Shown here in pieces: positions 1-11,600 of a DNA stretch of 64,000 nucleotides. The stretch is from assembly GCA_964057225.1 (NCBI GenBank), contig OZ059896.1, forward strand, positions 16,430,001-16,494,000. The letters are read 5' to 3'. The notes beneath the pieces were generated by a model. That model had not been told where the DNA came from, did not search any database, and was given only the letters and a program-made list of their open reading frames with translations. Made by a program: the position numbers and the translations under genes. The DNA is from Auanema rhodensis (taxonomy: Eukaryota > Animalia > Nematoda). The number at the start of each line of letters is the position of its first letter. The first letter of the stretch is position 1.

Positions 1-210
1 CTATGCTCGTTTGCAAATGGTCAATGTCTTTTTCATCATCCTCCTTTTCATTATTCTATTCATTGAGAACAAATTGAAGTGATTATATAGATGAAAACTA
101 AGAAAAAGCTTTTATTTCTTTTTTCTTCACTTTCTTCTTAACTCTTGTCTCTTTAGTTTTTGACTAAAAATTCTCTTTAATCTGTATATTTGTTCCTTTT
201 TGCCAATCTA

Positions 211-212
<2 letters not shown>

Positions 213-253
<41 letters not shown>

Positions 254-272
254 TCTCTCCCTCTCTTTCTCT
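213..272. repeat. (CT)n microsatellite
   Basis: Direct reading of a CT dinucleotide run. Similar tracts occur at 2024-2045, 3601-3672 and 4540-4621. Confidence 0.95.
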
Positions 273-3200
273 ATAGTCATTCAATTTTTTTTTCAAAATA
301 GATTTATCCCTGGCATTGTTTCAACACCAATCTAAAGCTTTTTTTTTCATTTATGCCTTATCACATTTCCCATTTGAAACATCGAATTGGAACAGCAATT
401 TCTAAAATGAAATCTGAGAAGCTATTCAATCTCAACTCAATTTTCTACTTTTTCTTCTCTCTCCTTCGTCTCCATCTTTTATTTTTTTCTCTTTTACCTA
501 TTTCAATCAAGTATACACACATCTTATTAAAAACTCAAAATTTATGCACCTCCAAGATAATCCACGAGAAAAAGAAAATCTTTTTCAACTTTTTCCCTTT
601 AAAATGGAAATTATTTTTGAATTCTGAGTTGTAGCTGCTGTTATCCTATTAGAAGTAGGCATATACAACGTATGTATCTCATCACATAGTGAAGGAAAGA
701 AGAATCTAAAACCTATTTGTTTTCTTACAATCTAGCCATGTATTGTTCTTAAATTTTCAATGATATAGCTTACGAAGAAGTTTGTTCATGGAGGAGTGTA
801 AGAAAAAATGCAAAGTTGCCAAGATTAGACCAGAAACATTACCTTGAAACTGAAAAATTCCGAAAAAAAAATTTTTTCACCTACTCACTTGCGTCCACCT
901 CTTCTCGCATTCACTTTCACGCTTTGCTAAACTCCCTCGCATTTTCTATTCATGTTTTGCATAATCCAGCTACATCACGATTTCAGGTTGTAATAATTTT
1001 TATTTTAAATTATTTATATAATTTATCATTAAGTATATGCTTAATGAATATCTTATAATACTAGACAGACGTTTTTTTCCATTTTCTTTCACTGTAATAT
1101 AGTCACCATAGTAGTCACTATATAGTATAATACTTCTACAGATCATGTACCTTCTTCTATCAGTTACAATGTTCAAAATAATAAATTCAGCTGTCTTGAA
1201 TCTTATAACCATTGACAGAGCTAGTCAATCAATCTATTATATGAAGTTTGATAACATGTCATATCATGCATGTATATAAGCTATTTCTTAAAAGTAGGGG
1301 AAGACGAAGAAAAAAAAAGTTGAAAATCATTTTCATCTCTTGGAATGCAATTTCATCATTCTATCTATCTACATCTATTTTACTTTTCAACATTGTGTTT
1401 CAAGAAAGAACATAGAGAGGCCAACTTTCATCGAAGCAACAGCTTAAAGCATGATTCCTCTTGTTTTCTTTTGTTTTTCTGTTATGTAACTATTATCAAG
1501 TCAGCTAAAGCGGTTCGTATTCCCTATTACACTGCTTTAGCTATTCTAGGCAAGTTTGTGTTGTTTCAAAGTTTAAGCATGTGGAAGAAGAGATATTGAA
1601 TGAGGATGTAAACGCATATAGATAGACAACAGAAATACTCAAATATGAAAGTTGTAAAACAGGAAAAAAGGGAGAAATAGTCAGGGGGGTAGCCTAATTT
1701 GGTAGAACATGTTGCTCATGTTCCTAGCAGGCAATATAATTTCATCAGTTATCGTCAAGCTTTCACTGTTCTTGCTCGTTTGTGCTTTCATTATCAGCTT
1801 TGTTGTATCTCTATAACAGCAGATTTGGTATGTAATATTAGTTATGAGTGTTATCTGAACATGATTCGAATATGAACTTGTGAGCTTGTGTGCTGTTTGA
1901 TTTAAGATTGAAATTTTATTCATATTTGAATTGAAAAATAAAGTTCAGAGAGAAAAGATTAGAAAGACGTTGCTTTCAGGAAATAGTGAATGTTTTGATT
2001 CGAAGCATATGAGCCTCTATACATCTCTCTCTCTCTCTCTCTCTCAAAGAGGTTTTTCCTATTAATCAATGTAATTTGTCAATTTCTTTCGTTTTGATGT
2101 ATTTAATAGCTATTTCCAATAGATTTTACTGTCTGTCCTTCTTTCGTCCTCGTTGTTCTCACCTACTCAGTTAGTCTAGTCAATCTGCTTGTTATTCAAA
2201 CCTTCTATTCTTTTGCTCTCTTCGATCTGTTTCTTGTATCTATATACTGCTTGTTCATTGGCCAGTATGAAGATCATGAAACCTTATATCTCAGATGATA
2301 TTGAATTGATTAATTATGATTTTATTCATTCTTAACTATATGTTTCTTATAACTATACATATAGTATATTTTATGTTTCCATCCGTTTTTAACGTTTTTT
2401 TTTCTATTTGATTGTCACGTCAACATTCATTTTTGATACTGACTTTGTTAAAAATCCAATATGATTTTGAAAGCTATTTCATTTCATGTGATGTTCCTTT
2501 GTTTTTCATTTTAACTAATCATCCGTTTCCTCTTTTATATAGCTTTTTGCTTCTCTACTACTACTATCTTTTCAATCTTTTCCTTTTTTTTCCCTTTTAG
2601 ATAGAAAGTGAAGGACAATCTCTTTTTGAACTAAAAATTTTTGATATGTGAAATATATATTCATAAGACGGTCTGGTTCATTCCATTTTCAGCTTAATAC
2701 CACTAGCATTACACTTTGCTCACTGACCTCATAAGGTTCAATCAAGAAACGAATACATTTCCGTCTCTTTCTCTCTCTTTCTCTCTCTTAATTTTCTTCC
2801 CTTTCTGCCTTTCAACCCTCAGTCTTCTTTTTAGATTTATCCATCTTTCTTCATATATTTTCATCATATTCAGATCTTTTGTGGATATTGTTGATTCTCT
2901 TAGAATAACATTTACAATGTTATGCAATTCTAAAACATCCATTTACCATTCATATGAGGCTTTGTACCAACATTCCGAATTGAATCTTGAGCTCGTTGAC
3001 TTATTCGATCATTTCCACGTGTTGATTCTCCATCTAAGGCTTGCCTGCTTGCGTGTAATCAAAATCAGTTTTTATCTCCATAATGCTCATTCATATTCTT
3101 GTTTATCTTGAACAACCTTCTACCTTATCCAACTATATCCGTCTGTCATAGTTGTCGTTGCAGTCATTCTTTCTTATACTTCCACATCGCCAATGACTTT

Positions 3201-3595
3201 ACTAATGTTGAAGGCTTACTGTTCGTTATGCTCATGTTCATGAATGTCGGGAGTTTTCTCTTATTGACTAAAAGAGTTTATCATTTGCTTCGTATTAGCT
3301 TCTTATTTTATCATGATAGATGAACTGATTATACCTAGTCATGCATCCTAAGCATGATCTCTACCTGGAAACACAGCAACATTCGCGTTTTTTTCTTCCA
3401 TAACAGTAAACATTAGAGGATGGAATTCAAAGAGCAATCTAATCATACTAGATTCTCTTTTGTCAAACTTTTCGAGAGAAGCTTTAACATCATATTTGTT
3501 GTTGAAATTTTGAAAATTGTTATTTTTAATTTCGTCTATTCTTGTTGTCTTGTCTCCAGACCCTCACTTCTCTTCTTTATTTTTCTCACCCTCTT

Positions 3596-3600
<5 letters not shown>

Positions 3601-3666
<66 letters not shown>

Positions 3667-3672
3667 CTCTCT
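3601..3672. repeat. (CT)n microsatellite, imperfect
   Basis: Direct reading. It accounts for the SLSLSL-type spurious ORFs in the track. Confidence 0.95.
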
Positions 3673-4539
3673 TTAGTATTTCTTTTTTTTCATTACATTA
3701 GTATTTTATCTTAGTAAAATATCTTCTCATCACTTTTTCTAACTCATTCGATCTTTAACCTCTTTAATTAACTCTTTATATATGTATATAGTTAAATATA
3801 TTTTGTTAAAACTATTAAAAAACTTCTTTTCTTCTATTTTTGATTAACAACTTGATGTTTTTGTATGTTTCAACTTATTACGTTATACATTCCATTTTCA
3901 CTCGATTATAATAATTTATCCAATTGCATTAGACATAATGTGAACAAAAAAAAAGTTTTGTTGGATAGAAAAATAATTTTTTTGCGCATTTCAATCAAAT
4001 TATTTCTTTTTTTATATTTTATTTTACAAAAACATCTAATATAATCTTTTTTTTGTTGAAAGAAAAACAACTGTAATACCTGTAATGCTTAATAATTTTT
4101 ATAATATCGTCTATTCTTCAAATTTCTCACAGACACTTTATATATAATATTATATGGAAAATTTTGATTTATATGAAAGTTTATTATCATGTTTCTTACA
4201 TCACTAATCTAATTTTTACATATTTTTACCTTTTTATATGATATAAATTAAATATTAAAATGGTAGTATTAGTAATTTAGAATTACAAATATTAACAGAT
4301 TGTAAATAAGAAAAACATCATCATCAATCTTAAGTTTAAGATAAATTGATAGAAGCATGTGTATGTAATCAAAGTTTAGTTTTCTTCAATTTCTTTATTT
4401 ACATATACTATATATATGCTTATCTATATTAATATAAATATATATTTTATATATACGTATACGTACGTAAGTGTATGAAGTGCAGTAGAATAGAGATTGA
4501 TGGCCATTACATACATATGTGATTTCTGTTCTCACCGTT

Positions 4540-4604
<65 letters not shown>

Positions 4605-4621
4605 CTCTCTCTTTCTCTCTC
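4540..4621. repeat. (CT)n/(CTTT) microsatellite, imperfect
   Basis: Direct reading. Confidence 0.9.
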
Positions 4622-7481
4622 CAGCTTTTCCAATTCAGCTATCTCAGTTTCTTTCTAGCATGGCATTTTGTCCTTTTTTCAACTCATTCCCATATTGATG
4701 TTATTCCTTCAAATAGTTCTTGTTCAGTTCTATATATTAAATTCCATGTTGTTTCATCAGTTGGTTTATGATGTTTGTACAGAAATATTCTGAACATTCA
4801 TTTATTTTCACTACAAGTTTCATATGAGAAGAAAAAGGAGGAGAAGGATGAAAACTGATGGGTGGTGGGGGAGGAAAAGACTAATATGAAAGCTTATCGT
4901 CATGATGGCATATGAGAGAACAGTTTGACTTTTCTCATCCATTCAACATATATTCCATAAAGCTATTTAAAATAATAAGTATTATGATAATATTTGAATA
5001 ATAAGTTTTCATACGTATTATCTGTTTAAATTTTTGGACGATAATCGTCCGCTTTCAACGAGATCGAGCAAGCTTCACAACATCATACAGCAACATGATG
5101 TCATTTAGTTGAAATTACTAGATCATAACAGTTAAAATCTTAATTCTTTTATTCATTTTCTTGTTATTTTTGTTGTTTCATTAAAGATATTCGTTAGAAT
5201 AATAATACGTGTTATCTACATGATTAAGAAGTTCTTCACATGTTACACCACATCAACACAATCAGCTTCACATATGTCATCGGCTTCTTTCATCATAACA
5301 AGTAGTTCAGGTAAAATGATTGAAGAAATAATATAAATTAATAAGATATAGGGAGAGAAAGAGAGAATACTAAGGCTTCATATATACTATGAAAATATAA
5401 AAATAGTTAAAATCTACAAGTTCAATGATAATAGATAAGATGAGATTAAATTTCTATTAATTTTCAAACTACTACTTCATTTCATATATCCTTTCTTGAA
5501 TCACTATATGTATATAGTCTTCATAGTACGCTTCTCACACATGTTTTCAAGAATTAAATAAGAAATTTCCATTTTAATTATATAATATCTGTATATTGAT
5601 GTCATCATTGCTTGTTTATTCATTATTTTACATTAACTACCTACATGCATACATGTACATACGGTGTGTTGTATGTACAAGTATTTCAGAGGTCATGTAA
5701 CCTTGTTCTGCTCTCAACTTCACTTACCCGACTTTCAACTCCACTCCAATCTCATTTTCTATATTTTCTTCTTGTTGGAATCATCGTCACTCGCACGTTG
5801 CTCTGCTTCATGATGTAGACAAACAGCTCAAGAGCAACATCCAAATGCTCGGTGGAAAAATAAATTTTTTTCTCGACTTCCCTCTTGAATAGGGTCTGGT
5901 CACATAGAGTAAGCTTTCTTGTTTTCTTGATTTATTTCATTTTATTTTCTCATTTTGACTTTCCCATTTAATCTCTCCTCTAAAGGATCTTCTCTTTCAT
6001 TATACATTATTTCGTATTAAGAAAAAAACTCTTCTTATATCATCATGGTTGGTGCCTTTATTTCAAATTTTTTTGCTTCCTGTCAGTATGTTTATGTGGC
6101 TTTTTCATATAAAACATGAAAGAAACATCTATGGAAACAAGATATATGGGAAGAAAAGAGTTAAAGTTGTAGAAAAAACTGTAGAAAGAGAAGAGAGAAA
6201 GGATATATGTATGCGATTGTAGCGTACAACGCCAATATGAAAACATGATTGCTTTTTGAAGTGTTCAAGATGCTACTATGGGCAACTAAATCTTCCAACC
6301 AGGTAATGAAAATAAAAAAAATGAAATTAAAAGATGAAAGCCCTTATATTCTCAAATAAATCTTGTTCTGGTAAAAATGGAATAGAGAGGCATAGGTGAA
6401 AGTTGATTCGTGTGAGGAGACCAAACGAATGATTGAAAGAAGGAGGAGGGTCGGAAGGGTCGAAGCCATATCCAGCTCATTTTGCCCTTTGTGCTTTCTA
6501 TCTCTCTTTCTCTCTTTGTCTCTATCTCTCTCTTTCTTTTTCTTTGTCTTATTTACAAAAGCTTGTGTAGATTATTAACCAACTTTTTCTTTCATTTGTT
6601 CAATTTTCTTTTTATACTTTTAAACTTATTTTCAGAATTCTTCATACATACGTTTCATAAAACGTATGATATCTGTTCTTCAAGTTGAAACACACGTGTA
6701 TTTCTAGATGATTACCAGAATTGCACAGAAATTATTCATTAGATCTTGAAAGAAACCGAACTTTCAATTCAAATTAAAATCTTGAAGATTGAAAACAAAT
6801 AGATTTTACTAATAAGGGATGAGCGAGATAGAGAGAAAGAGAGGGAAAGGGAAAAAGAGAGAGAGAGAAAGCGAGGGAGAAAAATAACTGTTCTCTGATA
6901 ATATTTTCAAAATGTGTTCTTCTTCATATATTTACTTCCTTCGCAATCATCATGTATGTTTTTTTTAATATTTTTATCTTATTTATTTAAAAATAAAAAA
7001 TAATATAAAAAGAAATGTTTTATCAAATCTTTCTATATTAATTTTTATTAATTATAATATTTTATTATATGAAATAAGGAAGAATATTAAAGAAGAATAA
7101 TACATGAAACTCTTTTTCTTCTTCACATCATATAAATTGATTAGCTTCTATAAAACTCTTTTAGAACTTAGAAAAATGTACAAATCGGATGGCCATCGAA
7201 TGGAGTTTTGCAATTCAACTTTGACATTCATCATTTTCAATTTCTTTTTTTTAGTTCTTTCTTTCTTCTTTTTCGCCTTCTTTCATCTCATTTTCGTGGT
7301 TTTTGTCTGAAGTTTAAGTCAATTCCTTCATCCTCATTATCGTTGTTGAAACTTTTCTTGTATTTTTCTCGTCACACTCGTAATTTCATTCGGCTTTCGG
7401 AGTGTTACTTTTATATTTTTGTTTCTTGATCCATTCATCCATCGCTTTACCTAACTTTGCCCTCTTCTTGTCCACTCTTTA

Positions 7482-7637
<156 letters not shown>

Positions 7638-8664
7638 ACGATGTCTAAACGGTTGTTAGTAGCCCTGTGGGACCAGAAGGTTGGATGAGCTTGTTCCAAA
7701 TTTACATAGAAAAAGGAAATATGTTCCAAAAGAACAAAATATGTTGGATGAAAATGGATTGAAGGGCATTAGTTGAACCTGACCCCATATGACAAAGTTT
7801 CACTTGATGTAAGTCGTTTGTCATGTTTCAGCAACTTGATCAGTATCGGGATTATTCAACTTAACAACCATTACCATGAATTCTTCTGAGAGAAACCAGG
7901 TTTACTTTGTGTACTTACTATCATACGACGACGTCAACTTGTTGATAGTTTCATCTACTCCTTCTGAGATATTCGTTGTTTTCAAGAGCTAAATACAAGA
8001 TATGATGACCGTCAAGTATCTTAATACCTCATCATCATCTCAAGAAACAGCAGAAATCTTTCATATATTTGAATTTCAAATCAATTTAAAAGAAAATTAC
8101 CTATGTCTAAAACCTTTAACTGAAAGCCTAATTGTTTTTATCAACATGATTGTCAGCTTAAGCTGGTAAACTGAAACATAGATTTCTCATAATACTCTCT
8201 AATTAATTTTTAAGGCCAATATTTTCTTTTTTTTTTTTCGATTTTCAACTCCTTTCATCTATTAACCGTTGATCTTAAACATCAGTGCCTTAACTCATTG
8301 CTTCTTTTTTCGAATATGAAGAACATGTTGTGTTTAACCTTATATCATACCGCTATTTGTCTCTTAGGATCTCTAACTTTAAAACTTTGTCAAAGATCCA
8401 ACCTAATTGCCGCAATCCAATTACTATTGAATGCTCTTTACACCATTTGTCTTCCAGCTCCAAGTGACGAGTTGATTCCATCTCACGTGTTCTGTATCCA
8501 GTATTTTCTTACGTCATAACGCAATTTTTACATTTTTTGTCTTCTCATTTGTGGTTTTTTATTTTAACCCATTTATTTTAATTTGTATGTCTTTTCGTCT
8601 TTCATTACTATTCTCTTCTTTTATATAAAAATTGAATTGTCCCTATAACGAAATATCTTCAGGA

Positions 8665-11600
8665 ATGCGTCCCAACTCCTCTGGGGATTGGATAGATGTA
8701 CAGTGTGATTGGTTCGATACAGTGAAATCAAGACAGGTACGAAAATTCTTATAGTTAAATTCATTTTTATGTATATTGAAGTTGAAATCGTTAATTATAC
8801 AATATAGTATATGGATCATACGGGTATTGTATGATTTCTCATTGGAATTATATCCTTTTTAAGATTTTAACTTATGTTTTAGGAGTAAAAACTTGATATG
8901 CCCATACTCCAACTTGCTTAAAAGTTTATAAATAGACAAAAGACATTTGATCTTGATCATATAAAAGTCGAGCGACTAATAGTTTCTAGTTGGTTGAGTT
9001 TATGCACAGCAAATGAGTCCATCTGCATTTTTCTTTTCTCATAATTTCTTCCTGTTTCTCATTCAATTGTTTCAACTTATAGTACTCTCATATATTTCGT
9101 TTAGTCTTCTATTCTCTCTCCCTCAGGCATAATTGTAGGCTCTTCTTAATCTGTCTCCCTTGTCGTTAAACGTCGAAGACGAAGCAACAGTTCATGAGAG
9201 ATGACAGAAACATCTGCTAAAAGGAAAAAAAGTTTAAATTTTAAGAAAACGTTGTTGAAAACTTGAAAAGAATATGTTTTCATTACATGCCATCATCAAT
9301 AGAATTATATAGACTAGATATTTCTTTGTGAAGACAAGTTTTTCAATATATTCAAAGATAAGTCAATCAGTAATTAAGATCCTCAGATGTTTTATGATCA
9401 ACAATGAGAATTCAGTACAACGGAAATAAAGAACATGAGTAGAACAGTTCAAGAAATGAGACCCAAAAACAATAAGAAATGAATGTGGCAGCTTATAAAT
9501 TATGATTTTTGATCAGAAAAACAGCCGCAGCTTTCAGAATTCTTTCTATTCAAATTATCCTTACATTAAACGTCAAAGGCATTTTCTTTGCTCTTTTCCG
9601 CCAAAAAAAAGTTTTCATTTTAAAGTACCTGTCACTGAACCGTGCTCTATTATGAAAAAGGGCAACCAAAGTGAAAATGTATTATGCTTTCTCTCTCTCC
9701 TTTTCCCATTCTCTGAAGAATTCTTCAATTTAAACTAATCTGTACATGTTATATACATGTTATATATATTATATATTATGTTATAAATGAATTAATCTTT
9801 AAACAGTGATTGAGGAGAACTGATATGAGTGTTTGGCTCAATTCTACTTTTAGAAAGCAAGTTTTACCCGTTATCAAGTTTTAGTTGAAACAACATTCGA
9901 AATTGGCTAGTATAATCGAATATTATAAACTAAAAACAACAAAATCTCTTTCAATATAAACTATATTTGATTTTATTTGCGTAAGAATATTATAAAATAA
10001 CGTCATAATGCGGACTATTCTCACCCTTGGGTATAAGCTTGTCCATCTCACAAACTATTCAAACAATTGTTCCTTTTCCTAATAGTTAACTACTAGAAAG
10101 GTTGGCGATTAAAGTTATTTAATGTGTCTACTAATCATACCTAAACAGGTAAATGCTCATAATTGCCAGAGTATTGATCAATCTGTCAAATATTATGACA
10201 TACTATACTCATATGAGTTATTAATATGTGTATATTTATAAATAAATTTTTATAAATATCGGATCATATATTGTGATCTGGCATCACTCAAGATGGACTT
10301 ATATATGTTGCCATGACATGAATGCATCCTTCCATCAAAATGAAAACCTTCAACAACCGAGAAGGAAATTACTTCTATCGAAGAGCAAACAATATTTACC
10401 CACCCATATCACATACGATACTTAATGAAAAGCACTGGCTCGTTATGTTGCACATGCATCCTCTGGTTCCTTTGCAATTCTCCGTGAAAATCTTTCGCCT
10501 TTTACTAAAGATTTCCGTGCATAGGGACGCATATGAGTAAATTCATTTTTTGGAATCCCCTCGAAAGAGCGGGAAATAGTTGTAGATGCCAACAAGGTTG
10601 TTTGTGTGGAGTTGTTGGGAAGTTTAAGGTAGAAGGTCTGATTGAAAATAGTTTGAATCTTATTCGTTGTTTTAAAAACATAGAAATTATTTCAGAATTT
10701 CAACCATTTTATCACTATATTCTACGTTTCTCGAAAAGAAAAGTAATCTTATATCATAAAGGTAACTGATGACATACTATATGAGAAAATGAGAAAAAGC
10801 TTACGGCACCCGGGATTCCCAAGCCGTCTCCGATCCAAGTACTAACCGGGCCCAACGTTGCTTGACTTGCCAGATCGGACGGGATGGCGTACTTTCAACG
10901 TGGTATGGTCGTAAGCGAATGCTTACCTTTCTTTTCGGAATATGTATGCAGTGCAACCGTTCGTTCTAGTTTGATTTTGAAAATTGACGTCTTTTCACGT
11001 GGAACATTCTTCCATAATATGCAAATCAGCCTTATCAGGCATTCAAAAATTGCGTATATCACCCATGTTTCAACACATGAAGACCGCTTTCTTAGTTCGG
11101 AACAGCGCTACACTCAACTCAAGTACGTCACAGCTAAAGGTTCAGGAATTTGGTACATTTCCAAAACTATCCTCTGGTTCCTTTGCAATTCTCCGTGAAA
11201 ATCTTTCGCCTTTTACTAAAGATTTCCGTGCATAGGGACGCATATGAGTAAATTCATTTTTTGGAATCCCCTCGAAAGAGCGGGAAATAGTTGTAGATGC
11301 CAAAAAGATTGATTCAAAGATAGAATTCAATTGTACATTGAAATATTCAAAGAATCAGAATTTGACTTAAAGTCGAATCCTGTAATAAAACAAAATTTTA
11401 AAACCTAAAATAATTTTCTATATACAGAGTATAATTATTTTTATAAATATTATATGGTAGCTCCTTAATAAATAGGAAAAAAGCACAAATAATAACTATA
11501 TTTATATTTTAACTTCAACACAAAAATATAATTTTAGTTTCAATTAGATTCCATTTCTACATTTTTTCACGAAAGAATAAGAATCACAAAAATCCTTACC

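Noticed and set aside
10593-11168. SL1/SL2 RNA gene expected next to 5S
   Set aside because: No GGTTTAATTACCCAAGTTTGAG or SL2-like leader was seen on either strand. The Sm-site-bearing repeats are U5 (loop I GCCTTTTAC).
10322-11330. ORFs of 62-104 aa overlapping the U5/5S cluster
   Set aside because: These are chance frames across structural RNA genes, with no recognisable protein motifs.
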